Positions 1 through 11,296 of a stretch of 64,000 nt of DNA are shown here, in pieces. Positions within the stretch are counted from its first letter, which is position 1, and each line of letters starts with the position of its first letter. Location: the IMG/VR virus record IMGVR_UViG_3300020577_012390, positions 1 to 64,000 of that record; one strand, written 5' to 3'. The stretch comes from a virus. Lineage: Duplodnaviria; Caudoviricetes. The position numbers and the translations under genes are program-made. A model generated the notes under the pieces. It searched no databases, was not told the origin of the DNA, and worked only from the letters and a program-made list of their open reading frames with translations.

Positions 1-1719
1 TTCCATTACTACACGGTGGCCATCTCGACGAGCGGCGTTCCCACGTCCTACGACGTCAGCGATGCCTCGCGGGTGATGGTTCTCTCGGTGAAACCGTACG
101 ACAGCAGCCTCTTCTGGAAGACGACCCCCGGGGAATACAAACGCCTCGATGCGAAGTCGAAAGAGGACTTCGGCGGCGCTGGCTTTCTGGAGAAGTGGTA
201 CACCCTCTTCGCGTGCTGGTTCACCCTCCAGAAGGGGTATATCGACGCGCTAAAAAGATCCACGGACGACGACCAGGCGCCCTACCCCACGATCAAGGCG
301 CGGGTCTTCTCGATGGGCCTGTCCCCCGATGGAGAGGACTACGACTTCGATGCGGCCCGGAGGGAGGCGCTTGGCCTGGTCCACCAGTACCAGATCAAGG
401 GGTCCTGTGACGGCATCGTCGACATGGTAAGGATTTTGACCGGCTGGACTTCGTACTGTCTGGACCTGAGTTCGGCGGACGACTGCCCATCTGGGGCGTT
501 GAACCTGCGTCTCTACGATGGGGTGGCCGACATCAGGACCTACCTGGTCGACGGAGCGGCGCTCTCCATCGGGTACCGGACCCTCCAGGGGTCGGGCCCC
601 TGGTCCCTGGACGAATGGGCGGGGTCCAAGGTCATGACCAGCCTCGGAGACGTCGCCTGCATCGAGGGGAACACGGCGGGGGAGGTAGGGGTCAGCCTCT
701 CCCTCTACGAGGCGCCCACGGACCAGACAACCTCGGCGGTCATCTCCTCGGGGGCGCTCTACATCCCGGTGGTCAGCGCGTCGGGGTTCGTGCCCGGAAT
801 GGACGTCGAGGTCCATAACGATTCTCTGGGCCTGTTTTTCATTCGACCGATCTCTTCGGTGGACTACAGCCTGAACCGATTGTATTTCGAGGTGGCCTAT
901 TCCGGTTCGGACCTCCCGGCGGGGTCGGTGGTGAGCATTGGGAGAAGCGGGGTTCGTTCGGAGGTCGGTGGGTATCGAAACGGCGCTATCTCGGTCAGCG
1001 GAGGGAAGACCACGCTCACGGACCTGGACGCGAAATGGGAGACGAACCAGTGGTCCGGCCTCTACTATATTGACGCCTCGAATAACACTCGGTACCTGAT
1101 CGAGTCCAACACGCTCTCGACCGTCACGGTAGTCGGTGCGGGTCCCTCGGCGTCAGGCGCCCCGGTCCAGTACGCGATTGCCCAGGACTTCACGGTGGGG
1201 GCGTCCTTCGCGCTCCGGAAACCCTGGCTCTACTACCGGATTCTGCGGGGTCTTCACACCTGGCTCTACAACCCGGTTCTCGATTTTGAGGCCCGGAATA
1301 CCCGTTATGACTACTACTGCCGGCTGTTCGACCCATCCTTCGTGTCCCTTTTTGGGGCCTGGGGTCCTGGGGACGTCGGTGTGTATATCACCACGCCGAA
1401 TATCCGTTCTGCGGAAGGTAAGGCGAGCGGGGTGCTGGCGAACGTGTTCACCCTCGACCCGACCAGGCCGGCCCCCTCCGTTGGGTCCCTGGCGGGCTAC
1501 TACCTGAACCCCAACGAGAACCAAGATCAGCTCTTCAAAATCGTTGACAACGACGCCACGACCGTCACCGTGCTGGGGGACATCACCAGTCTCGTTGTCA
1601 GCGGCCAGAAATACTTCATCCTGACCGAGCGGAACGCGAATCGCTATCGGCGGATCGTGTCTCGCCTGAAGAAGGGGTTCATGGAGTATGATATGCGCCC
1701 CCACGTCATTTTCATCTGA
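1..1719 (+). CDS. Baseplate/tail protein (P2 gpI-like region), 5'-truncated
   Basis: Frame open from base 1 to TGA at 1717-1719; segment REALGLVHQYQIKGSCDGIVDMVRILTGW resembles baseplate-wedge proteins; directly upstream of the tail fibre. Confidence 0.55.
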   Translation, partial: FHYYTVAISTSGVPTSYDVSDASRVMVLSVKPYDSSLFWKTTPGEYKRLDAKSKEDFGGAGFLEKWYTLFACWFTLQKGYIDALKRSTDDDQAPYPTIKARVFSMGLSPDGEDYDFDAARREALGLVHQYQIKGSCDGIVDMVRILTGWTSYCLDLSSADDCPSGALNLRLYDGVADIRTYLVDGAALSIGYRTLQGSGPWSLDEWAGSKVMTSLGDVACIEGNTAGEVGVSLSLYEAPTDQTTSAVISSGALYIPVVSASGFVPGMDVEVHNDSLGLFFIRPISSVDYSLNRLYFEVAYSGSDLPAGSVVSIGRSGVRSEVGGYRNGAISVSGGKTTLTDLDAKWETNQWSGLYYIDASNNTRYLIESNTLSTVTVVGAGPSASGAPVQYAIAQDFTVGASFALRKPWLYYRILRGLHTWLYNPVLDFEARNTRYDYYCRLFDPSFVSLFGAWGPGDVGVYITTPNIRSAEGKASGVLANVFTLDPTRPAPSVGSLAGYYLNPNENQDQLFKIVDNDATTVTVLGDITSLVVSGQKYFILTERNANRYRRIVSRLKKGFMEYDMRPHVIFI

Positions 1720-1730
1720 GGAGGACCACC

Positions 1731-4700
1731 TTGGCCGACGTAACTCAAGATTCCTATAACGAAGACCTGCTCCACACCCTCGTCGCCTTCCAGAAGGGGC
1801 GGGACGTGGTGGATTACGAGCTGAACGAGGCCCAGCAGATCCTCCGCGGGTCTCTGTACCGGACCCTGGTGGAGGCCGCTAACGGAAATGTTGGCGCGAG
1901 TTACGCTTTGACCCCCGGGTCCAACGGGAACGGGTACAAGGCCAGCGAGACAGGTCCCGTGAGCGCGAGCGTGTCCATCGCCGCGGGGTACCTGACCGTC
2001 GATGGGATCGTTATTCGCCTCGCGAACTCCACCACCTCGACACCCCCGGCCTACGCGGGCGTAGCGCGGACCGACGTTCTGTATATCGCCGTTTCAGAAA
2101 CGGAAGTGAACGATCCGGCGGCACTGGTCAAGGTGGGCGTCACCTCGAAGAGGAAGAAGCTCTCGGTCTCGTTCGGGTGGTCCACCACCGGGCTGGGCGG
2201 GGTCCCGGCGTCCTCGGCGTCGGAGGTCTGGAAGGGCGGCACCCGGTACTACCCCATCGCGAGCGTGGCGCGTGGGGCGAGCAACATCACGAACGCGAAC
2301 ATCACCGACCTCCGGAAGATGCTCCCCCCGACCGTCTGTGCGTCTATCACGCGACAGAGCGGGTTCCAGGTGAAGGCGCTGGTCGGGACCATCCTGGAGA
2401 CCCCCGACGGGACCCTGCTCTCGAAGAGCGGCGTCATCACCACCGACCTGGACCCGGACGGCACCCAGAGCGCGGCGATCCGGGCGCTGAAAGTCCGTAT
2501 CTCCCGCGACACCGGGCTGACTCACACCCCCCTGTCGATGGGCGAGGTGTTCGCCACCCCGTCTGCGGTCGGGGGGATCAACGCGGGCTTCATCGGGGAG
2601 GAGTCCGATTCGGTGGTCGGGAACCGGGCTGGGGCGGTGAGGTTTTGGGATGCGAATATCGAGGCTGGAAAAGCGGCGGGTCAGCAGTACGTCGACCTGA
2701 GCGGTTCCGCGAACGGGGCGTTTGCCCTGCGGAAGAACGAACTCGCGCCGGCCCAGAGCGATGGGGCGAAGGGGTCGATCTTCAGGTCCCTCAACGCCCG
2801 CTTCACCGCGACCATCGGGAACGGCACCACGACCTTCGGTGACTTCAACGGGGCGACCGCGATCACGGATGCCTTGACGTTCATCGCGGCGTATGGCGCT
2901 TTTACGAGCGTTGAACTTCAGATCAAGGCGGGCACCTACACGGTCAATAACTACGCGATCCCCAGTGGCATCACGCGGTTGACCCTTCGCGGTGTGGGCT
3001 CGAAAGCGGACACGATCATCCAGTCCACCTCGGCCACCTCGTTCATCTTCTCGTGGGTGTCGGGGAGGGTGCTGGAGATCCACAAGTGCCAGCTCCAGGC
3101 GGCGGACACCACCTCGACCATCGCGGTTCAGGGGAGCTGCGCTCTCTGGTTGTTCGATACCCGAGTTATCCGGCTTGAATTCCGGATGACGGACCCGGTC
3201 GGGGACAGCCTCTCCTCGGGGACGAAGGGGAAGACGACCCCGCTGCACGTCGAGCGGTGCTTCTTCTCGAACTCGGCGGGGGTGAGCGTCCCCGGGGGCG
3301 GCATCTTCTACCTGATCCACACGGCGCTCCTCGGGTACAAGTTCAAAGTCAGTATTCGAGACAGCGAATTCCACATGGCCGACAGCGAGGCGCTACTGAA
3401 GGTCACCCACACGGGCGGGTTGTCAGGCACCACGACCGAATACGACTTCGTTTTTGACCAGTGCAAAATCTGGTTGGGGAAGAGCGCGGTCGCGGTCGCC
3501 GGCACGAAGACGATGACCTACAACGTCGGCGTCCTGGCGCTGGACCCGACGAACGCGAGTCCCCTCCAATGCGCCAGCCTCTCGATGGAGTACAACAACT
3601 GCTCCGTCAAGGGTCCGACCTCCGCCCCGAGCGCGGGGAACACCTATTGCCTGTTTTTCGTGGTTCCGAAAAACGGTTCTGGTGGGATGCTCATCCGGAA
3701 GTTCAAGATCCGGGGCGGGGAATGGGACGTCGGGCCGATGGGGACAGATTCGGTCTCCCCGGCGGTGCTCAGCACCAACGATGCGGAGGTCTATCCCTGG
3801 CTCCAGAACGTCGACTTCGAGGACACCCTCCTCGATGCCTCCTCGACGGCGAGGTACGGCGCCCTGAGCGAACCCATCCAGACCGCGGTTGGGTCGGTCA
3901 TCGCGAACGCCTGGCTGGTGGCGAGGGTCCACAAGTTCCGGGCCAGGAACCTCCGCCTCCTCCCCGGCGGGGTCCGGCTGACCGGGGGTGGTAGCGATGC
4001 GTATATCAAAGCGGCCATATACGACATCGATGGGATGGAGATCCTTCAGTCGCCCACGGACACGAACCAGCTTGAAGAGGGTACCGGCGGGTCCACCCCG
4101 AACTACCGCCTGATCCTCGATCAAGAGAACCCGGCGAGCTACAAGTACCCCCGTTCCCTGATCCGCGGGCTCTCGGTATGCGCGTATGGGTCGGGGAACG
4201 CGGAGACGGCGGTGAACGGCCTGGTCAACCTCCGAAGCGCCAGGAAGGTCCTCTTCGATGATTGCACCCTGGCGTCCAACGACACGAACGGGGCGACGGG
4301 GACGAAGCTCTGCCTGGGGTTGACCTCGACGACCGAGGCGTACGATGCGCATTTCAGGGGTTGTTATTTCTCTGACTGCCGGCAGGCGGTCAGGTATGAC
4401 CCCATCATCGCGGCCAAGATCAAGAACAACGTCGTTTTTGAAGACTGCACTTTCCGTTCGCAGACCACGTCGACCCAATCGAACACGGCGGGCAACGGAA
4501 ACCCCGTGGTCATCATCTCAAACTTCAACGCCTTCGGGGTCGGGGCGTGGCGGTTCTACAAGTGCCGGTGGGACGTGGCGGCGTACGTGTCGAACGCGAA
4601 CCCGGCCCTCTACCAGTACGTTCTCGGTCTCTACATGGCCCCGGGGGCGTGGGGGATCGGCGGGGGGAACACCGGCTTCGGGTCCGGGTCGGATTCGCAC

Positions 4701-4943
4701 CTGGTCATGGACGGAAATAACGCGCCTGATATCCGTGCGAGGGTGGTCTCGACCGGGACCCAGGACGCCATCGCGTCTTTCGCGAACAACCGGATCGGAC
4801 GCATCAAAGCGGACGCGGTTGGTCCTGCTGCCCTGGCGGCGGAACCCTCGGTCCGGGGGGTGGCGACGGGTCGAGGCCCGGCCTGGACCATCTACAACGA
4901 CATAATTGAAGGCCAGAATCACGCGATGCTGGAGACCCCGTTA
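1731..4943 (+). CDS. Tail fibre/tailspike with predicted parallel beta-helix; ends at TTA
   Basis: TTG start after GGAGG; G/S/T/A-rich; repeated F-x-x-C-x-F beta-helix-like motifs; first in-frame TTA (4941-4943) overlaps the next ATG (standard-code end 5018). Confidence 0.7.
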
Positions 4944-5629
4944 TGGCCAAGGAGACTGTCAACCTCACGATCACGGATGGCACCAACCCCCTCAGCGGGG
5001 TCAAGGCGACGCTTTTGAGGGCGGGGGGTGGGGGTACCATGGGGGCGGGCACCTCGAACGGTTCTGGGGTCGTTTCCTTGGCGGCAATCGTGGACCCTGG
5101 GGTCTATTCGGTGATCCTGGACAAGACGGGTTACAGGTCACCCAGGCCGGAACCCTCGATCACGGTCCCCGATACCGGCGGGGTCACCCCTTACGCCCCG
5201 GCGTCCATCGCGATGGTTCCGCTAAGGATCACGGACCCCAGCGGGATCGCGTACTGCACCGTGTACGGGTTTTTCTCCGCCTCAAATCCATCAGAGGTCC
5301 GGCTCTTCGTCGAGATCGGGTCTCAGGGCGACGCGAACTGGTTGCAGCCCTCGAACCCCGGTTCGGCGGTCGACAAGCAGCCGGTCTTCCAGGTCGCGGA
5401 GGTTCGCCAGGTCCCGGTCGAAGCGTCCGGCAGGTTCTCCCTGGACGTCCCCGTGGGGGCGATGGTGAAGCTCTCTGTACCGGAATCTCGCCTCTACAAA
5501 TTCTTCCGGGTCCCCGCGCAAGATGCGGTGAACCTGAAGGACGTTCGGCTGTGGTTGGGGTCCTCCGATGGGATCAGCCTCAGCGAGAACGTGGGCACCA
5601 ACTTCTCTCAAGGAAGCGGCACAACATGA
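4943..5629 (+). CDS. Virion-associated protein with carboxypeptidase-regulatory-like beta domain
   Basis: GGAG RBS; motif DGTNPLSGVKATL...GTSNGSG...PGVYSVILDKTGY; ATGA overlap with next gene. Confidence 0.55.
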   Translation: MAKETVNLTITDGTNPLSGVKATLLRAGGGGTMGAGTSNGSGVVSLAAIVDPGVYSVILDKTGYRSPRPEPSITVPDTGGVTPYAPASIAMVPLRITDPSGIAYCTVYGFFSASNPSEVRLFVEIGSQGDANWLQPSNPGSAVDKQPVFQVAEVRQVPVEASGRFSLDVPVGAMVKLSVPESRLYKFFRVPAQDAVNLKDVRLWLGSSDGISLSENVGTNFSQGSGTT

Positions 5630-5862
5630 ACGAGACAACGTTCTCCAACGCCCTAAAAGCGTTCGCGGGTTCGCGCAAGGCCCTGGTCCTGTCGGTGGCG
5701 ATCATCGGCGTCGTTGCCCTCAACATCGCCGGGAAGATCGAGGTCCAGGCGGCGCTCGACTTCATCTGGAAGATCGTGGGGATCTGGATGGGAGCCGTGG
5801 CGGTCGAAGATGCGGCGGCGAAGACCTCCGCCAAGAAAGACGACCCCGGGGACGTGCAGTAA
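5626..5862 (+). CDS. Small membrane protein, holin-like
   Basis: 78 aa with two hydrophobic segments and charged C-terminus; end of tail module. Confidence 0.5.
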   Translation: MNETTFSNALKAFAGSRKALVLSVAIIGVVALNIAGKIEVQAALDFIWKIVGIWMGAVAVEDAAAKTSAKKDDPGDVQ

Positions 5863-5913
5863 ATAGAACGTCCTAAAAGCGATTGACGGGGGGTGGGGGA
5901 GGGGGTACCAGGG

Positions 5914-5943
5914 TTGACGGGGTAGGAAAACCAGTTATAGGTT
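5914..5943 (+). promoter_or_regulatory. Sigma70-like promoter for the replication module
   Basis: TTGACG-18-TAGGTT upstream of the helicase. Confidence 0.4.
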
Positions 5944-5973
5944 GTTCCACATGCCCCGGAAACCGGAAACCCC

Positions 5974-7356
5974 ATGAGGATTATCTACCGCACAAAATCA
6001 CCGATCATCGGGTCGCTGCTTGAGATCCCGAAAGACGCGGTGGACGTCGAGGCGCTGAAGGCGGACCTGACCATCTCGAACGGCGCCTACTTCCAGGCGA
6101 TGAGGGTTGGTTCGAGCGTCGCGGGCATGGCGGCGTCCATCGAGCTGTTCGAGGAGGGCGAAACCACGATCAAGGTCCCCCGCCACTACAACCCACCCTG
6201 GAACGGCGAGCCCCCATTCCTCGGGATCGCGTGGAGGTGCAGGTCTCCTTCTGTGGATCTGAAGAGTTCAATTACGCTCAGGAATCACACCCAGACGCTC
6301 GCGAGTAAGGCGCTCGTGAAGGACAAGAGCGACAAGATCCTGGCGCTGTCCTGCGGGAAGGGGAAGACCGTCGTGGGCCTTCACGCGGCGGCGATGGGGA
6401 ACCGGGCCCCCTTCCTGGTGGTGGTCAACACGACGGCCCTCCTCGATCAGTGGATGGAGCGCATTTCGGAGTTTTACGGGATTCCGAAAAACGAAATCGG
6501 CCACGTCCAGGCGGGGACCGAGCGGTGGAGGGGCTGCAAGGTGGTTGTGGGGATGCTGCACTCCATCTCGATGAAGCGGTACCCGCCCGAGTTCTACGAG
6601 TATTTCCGTCTCGTCATTTTCGACGAGGCCCACCGTCTCGGGGCCCAGGAATTCTCCGAGGCCATGAAGAAGTTCCCGTGCGAGCGATGGGGTCTCACGG
6701 CCACCCTGCGGCGTGCGGACGGGAACGACAAGGTCATCCAGATGCACCTCGGGGAGGTCTGCTATCAGGACCTCTCCCAGGACCTCAAGCCGAAAGTCTA
6801 CTTCCTGAATTGCGCTACCAGGGTGGACGAGGCGCGCTTCATCTGGCGCGGAAACCTGAACCTGGCCAACCTGACAACCTGGTTGTGCGAAAATGAGACC
6901 CGCAATAACCATATCCTCTCCTGGATCAACCGAGCCGCGAAACGCGGGCGTACGGTCCTTGTGTTGGGGGAGCGGTTGACCCAGGTTCACTCGCTCTACG
7001 AGGGGTGCGAGATCGATTCCAAGGCGATCCATATCGGCGCCCAATCCCAGGACGAACGGCGGGCGGCGCTGCGTCACCAGGTCGTCTTTGCGACCCAGCA
7101 CCTCGCGAAGGAGGGTCTGGACCGGCCCGAGTTCGACACCCTGATGATTCTCGTGCCGTTCACTTCCGAATCCAGGATGCAGCAAAGCGTCGGTCGGATT
7201 CAGCGCGAGGTCAGCGGGAAGCAGGCACCCACCGTGCTTGTTTTTGAAGACAACATTTCCATCATCTCCGCAATGGCGCGGAAGATGAAGCGTTATTTCG
7301 AGGCCCAGGGGTTCGAGGTCCGTAGCGGAAGCGCGGTCGCCCCCACGGAGGAGTGA
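5974..7356 (+). CDS. Superfamily 2 helicase
   Basis: Walker A SCGKGKT, DEAH box, TAT motif III, EGLD motif V, QSVGRIQR motif VI. Confidence 0.9.
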   Translation: MRIIYRTKSPIIGSLLEIPKDAVDVEALKADLTISNGAYFQAMRVGSSVAGMAASIELFEEGETTIKVPRHYNPPWNGEPPFLGIAWRCRSPSVDLKSSITLRNHTQTLASKALVKDKSDKILALSCGKGKTVVGLHAAAMGNRAPFLVVVNTTALLDQWMERISEFYGIPKNEIGHVQAGTERWRGCKVVVGMLHSISMKRYPPEFYEYFRLVIFDEAHRLGAQEFSEAMKKFPCERWGLTATLRRADGNDKVIQMHLGEVCYQDLSQDLKPKVYFLNCATRVDEARFIWRGNLNLANLTTWLCENETRNNHILSWINRAAKRGRTVLVLGERLTQVHSLYEGCEIDSKAIHIGAQSQDERRAALRHQVVFATQHLAKEGLDRPEFDTLMILVPFTSESRMQQSVGRIQREVSGKQAPTVLVFEDNISIISAMARKMKRYFEAQGFEVRSGSAVAPTEE

Positions 7357-7359
7357 GTC

Positions 7360-7809
7360 ATGCCAGTCGAGATCATGAAGAAGAACCGGGACGCTATCCC
7401 GGGGTACAACCCGAAGAGGCACGCCCACAAGGTCCCCCTGGTGAAGGTCTCCCGCAAGGGGACGACCTACCAGATCGATGGGGTGGTCATGGAGCTTTTC
7501 ACCATCTCAGTTTTCGCGGAGGCGCTGGACAGGACCGCGTCCACCATCCGTGAGCTACAGGGGGCGGGGAAACTCCTCCCCCCGCTGTTCCACGTCAAGA
7601 TGAAGAACGGGCGGGGGAACCTGCGGCTGTATTCCGCGTCCCAGATCGAGAACGCGAACCGCCTCCTGTTCCTGGGGAAGTTCAAGGGGGCGAAGTTCTC
7701 GCGCAACAGCGCGGACGGAGACTTTTTTGATGCGCTGAAAAGCGTGTTTTACGAGAAAGACGTGGTGGTGAACGATGAAGGCACCATCACCCGAGAGAGG
7801 AAAGAGTAA
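7360..7809 (+). CDS. Hypothetical protein, possible MerR-like winged HTH
   Basis: AEALDRTASTIRELQGAGKLLPP...RLYSASQI pattern. Confidence 0.5.
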   Translation: MPVEIMKKNRDAIPGYNPKRHAHKVPLVKVSRKGTTYQIDGVVMELFTISVFAEALDRTASTIRELQGAGKLLPPLFHVKMKNGRGNLRLYSASQIENANRLLFLGKFKGAKFSRNSADGDFFDALKSVFYEKDVVVNDEGTITRERKE

Positions 7810-7814
7810 CGAAA

Positions 7815-8321
7815 ATGGCCACCAAGAAAAACCCGAAGTCCCCCGCCCTGATGAGCGACCTGTGGGCGGTCGCGAACGAACTCTCCGCTGCCGTCGAGGC
7901 GAACCTGAACAAGTTCGCCGCCGACATGGTCGGCTGGCAACAGAAGCTCAACCAGACCTGGAACACAGCGAACGTGATTGTTCGCGCTCTGAATAACAAA
8001 GGCCTCCTGACCGAGGAGGACATCTCCCGGGCGGGGCGCGAGCTGATGGAGGAGGCGGGCGCCAACATGAAGGTCACGAAGGAGGCGATGGCGCGCAAAG
8101 AGCGGGTGAAGCGGGAAGACCTCCTGGCGAGCCCTGTCGAGGTCCTCACCGCCATCGTCGACAAGAGTTCGCGGGTTGATAAACCCCGTCTTTCTGTGGT
8201 ACCCTCTGGGGGTGGTGAGGACGGCGAGGTCAGCCCTGCTGCGGACACCATCCCCCCGGATGCGCCGCCCACCACGGAGGACAACAATGCCGAAGTTGAA
8301 GGCGGGGAAAACCCCTCCTGA
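7815..8321 (+). CDS. Hypothetical protein
   Basis: Operon-packed ORF with GC3-rich codons. Confidence 0.6.
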   Translation: MATKKNPKSPALMSDLWAVANELSAAVEANLNKFAADMVGWQQKLNQTWNTANVIVRALNNKGLLTEEDISRAGRELMEEAGANMKVTKEAMARKERVKREDLLASPVEVLTAIVDKSSRVDKPRLSVVPSGGGEDGEVSPAADTIPPDAPPTTEDNNAEVEGGENPS

Positions 8322-8670
8322 ACGCGGATCGCCTCGGGGTCACCCTGTAGCGGTCCTGATGGTCAAGGCAACGGTGACCGACGAGGTCACCAAACAGGTT
8401 CTCGTGGCCAGTGAAGACACCACGAGGATTCCCATTCCGATAGAGCCGGGAGACGTTATGGTTATTCGGTACGTGACTTCCATCAAGCTGAGCAAGAATT
8501 TCCAGTCCATCGGGCTGGAGATCGGGTTCGTCGAGTACCCCGTCAAGGCGGGCACCGACCCGGACGAAGCCTTCGAGGAGGTCTTCGCGAAGGTCGAGGA
8601 CATGCTGGTCCAGAAGACCAAAGACCTGGAGGAGACCCTGAACGCGCTGGGTGCGAAGAAGGGGAAGTTA
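8287..8670 (+). CDS. Hypothetical protein; ends at TTA
   Basis: ATG 8287; TTA 8668-8670 is followed by an AT/pyrimidine-rich intergenic-like tract. Confidence 0.6.
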
Positions 8671-8746
8671 GCCCTCCGATATCTGCTCTCTGTATCTGTA
8701 TTTTCTTTCTTCTCAGAAACACAGAAGCACGTACGCGAGGGAAAAC

Positions 8747-8935
8747 ATGCACTTCGTTGAAATCGAATACACGAAACCTGACCGCTCGAAGGTCATCACG
8801 ACCGTTTCCGTCGATGGCGATTCGGTCCCCAACCACCTTGCTATCTATCGTGCCATCCAGGCGGCGGGTCTCGACGCCATCACCTACAAGGTCCTCCGGT
8901 TCCTGGATTCGCGGTTCCAGCCGGTGAAGAAGTTA
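8747..8935 (+). CDS. Small hypothetical protein; ends at TTA
   Basis: GAGGG RBS; TTA 8933-8935 overlaps next ATG. Confidence 0.6.
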
Positions 8936-9435
8936 TGGCGCTGAAAATCAAGTTCAAGCGTCAGACCCCCATCCCGCACGAGTACATGGGCGGGTTCGCG
9001 GACCGGCCTTCGATGCGGACCTCCCGGGAGGCGCTGGAGTTCCTGCGGACCGAGAAGGTCCCCCGCGAGTCCTGGCCCGTCTCGGGGATCGTCGCCCTCT
9101 TCATCGAGGGGTACGAGGCGCGGTTCCGCCGCAAGGTGACCTCGATGGGCGGGAACTTCTTTGCCGAGGTCGTGGTGGCGGTCGCGCAGCTCGTTATCCG
9201 GGTCGGGGCGAAGGACGCTTCCGACGCGGTCGAGGCGGTTTTCAGCGACCAGCTCAAGTGGGTCACGTCGAGCCACCACAAGTTCCTTCTCAACGAAAAT
9301 AACTACGCCAAATTCATCATCCCTGCGATGTCGGCCATCGACGAGAAGCGCGGGGGTCGGGCGAGGGCGGCGGGCGAGCAGGCCGAGTTCACCCGGGACA
9401 ACAGCGGAGAGGGCTGCGAGGAGATCGATTTCTAA
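8935..9435 (+). CDS. Hypothetical protein (possible replication initiator partner)
   Basis: TAATG overlap with the DnaC-like gene. Confidence 0.55.
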   Translation: MALKIKFKRQTPIPHEYMGGFADRPSMRTSREALEFLRTEKVPRESWPVSGIVALFIEGYEARFRRKVTSMGGNFFAEVVVAVAQLVIRVGAKDASDAVEAVFSDQLKWVTSSHHKFLLNENNYAKFIIPAMSAIDEKRGGRARAAGEQAEFTRDNSGEGCEEIDF

Positions 9436-10043
9436 TGGCTAAAAACGTAATTCGGGTTCCACCGCGTTTCCAGGGCGCCACCCTGGATTCTATCGACGAC
9501 GACCTCTTCCCCACGGTCGCGCCATGGATCGCGAAGGTCGAGAAGGAGGGGTGCGCCATAAAGAAGATGAAGGGGTTCATCTTCAGCGGGCCACCGGGGG
9601 TCGGGAAGACCTGGACCATGGCGGCACTCACCTCCTGGTGGGCGCCCAAGGGGGACTACGAATTCGTCACCGCCCCAGACCTGTTCGAGCGTTACTCGAT
9701 TTTCGGGGACGCCGAAAACGGTGAGGGTAAGTCTGTGGACACGTACCGCGGGAAACCCTATAATCAGACGGTCGAAACGGTACCCTGGCTCGTGATAAAC
9801 GACCTGGGGAAAGAATACCGGGGCGGCAAGATGGCGGAACTCAATACCCATAAGCTCGGGAGGATTCTCCGGGCGAGGAGTGAGCGGGTTCTGCCGGTTT
9901 TCATCACCACCAACCTCCCGCTCAAGGGGGAGAAAGAAGACGAGACTCTCTGGGGAATTTACGGCGGCTCAATTACGAGCCTCCTTCGTGAGATGACCAA
10001 GGCGTATCAAGTGATCGGGCCCGACCGGAGGAGGTCGGAATAA
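9435..10043 (+). CDS. DnaC/IstB-like ATPase (helicase loader)
   Basis: PPRFQGATLD N-terminus, Walker A GPPGVGKT, Walker B-like LVINDLGKE, R-x-E-R-x-LP-x-FITTNL. Confidence 0.8.
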   Translation: MAKNVIRVPPRFQGATLDSIDDDLFPTVAPWIAKVEKEGCAIKKMKGFIFSGPPGVGKTWTMAALTSWWAPKGDYEFVTAPDLFERYSIFGDAENGEGKSVDTYRGKPYNQTVETVPWLVINDLGKEYRGGKMAELNTHKLGRILRARSERVLPVFITTNLPLKGEKEDETLWGIYGGSITSLLREMTKAYQVIGPDRRRSE

Positions 10044-10080
10044 GCCCCCACTGTACGCGATTTCAGACCAGGAAAAACAC

Positions 10081-11187
10081 ATGCCTCTTTCAGCGCGTAA
10101 TCATGCGGTCCCCGCACCCGGGACCCCCGTTGGTATCGTTCGGGCGACCCCCGAGCAACGTGTGATGGGGACCCGGACTCTTCCCATGCGCCAGGTGGCG
10201 TACGGGGAATTCATGGACAAGCTCAACACCGCGAGGCGCGGTAACCACGACTACGAGGTCAAGGGCCGCGATCTGCGGGTCAACGAGAACGGCACCATCA
10301 CGATCCCCGGCGGGGGGATCTTTTCGTGGAACGATTTTAGCTTCTCCCAATTGGCGGCGAAGCTGAAGATCCCCGCGGACTTCCTGCGGAAGAGCCCGGT
10401 CGGGGATGGTCCCGCGGGCAAGAAGGCGATCATCGACTACTGGAAGGAGGGCCACGACGACAAAGCGTTTTTCGTCCGCACGAAACACGTTGACCAGCGG
10501 GACCCCGAGACCGGCGCCATCGGGTTCGTCCGGGCGTTCCTGGGGAACCGCTACGGCGTCTTCGACAACACCGAGCTGGCCGACATGATGGGTCACTTCG
10601 TCCAGCGTGACCGCCTGGTGATCCAGGCGGGTCAGATCACGGACAAGGCGCTCCACTTCCGTCTCCTGTACCCGGACGGGGTGGACGTGGGCGGGGACCC
10701 GGAGGGCAAGCCGGACGTCCACCAGGTCGGCCTCCATATCCGGAATTCGGAGGTTGGATTCTGCAACTTCCAGGTCGACTTCATGCTGTTCCGTCAGATT
10801 TGTACGAACGGGATGGTCGCCATGCTCGACAAGGAACACCTCGTCGACCAGAAGCACAACGGGATCGAACACCACCAGATGAGGATGCTGGCCCAGGCGT
10901 CCCTGGACACGGTGCAGGAGCGGTACAACGAGGTCCTGGCGCGGGTGGAGCGCACCCGGTTGGTCGAGTACGACCACCCCATGCGCGAGCTGCATCGGGT
11001 TTTGAAGGTCAACAAAATCGCTACGGAGGAGGTCACCCACGCCTGCGAGAAGGCGTGGGAGGCGGAACCCCACGCGAACAAGTTTGGCATCATCCAGGCG
11101 ATCACCCGGGCGGCCCAACTCTTCCCCGTCCACCAGCGGGTGAAGATGGAGGAGGTCGCCGGTAACCTCCTGATGTCCGGTGCGTTA
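10081..11187 (+). CDS. DUF932-like protein; ends at TTA
   Basis: Motif GLHIRNSEVG...LFRQICTNGMV; TTA 11185-11187 then about 110 bp spacer. Confidence 0.65.
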
Positions 11188-11296
11188 GCCGCTGGGATCT
11201 CGTTTATCGAGGTCCCTATTCTGCCTTCTTGCGAACCCACGGGGGTTGTTCGCCGCAAGGGGGTAGAATAGGGATTCCGATTTTCAGGAGCCGAAC

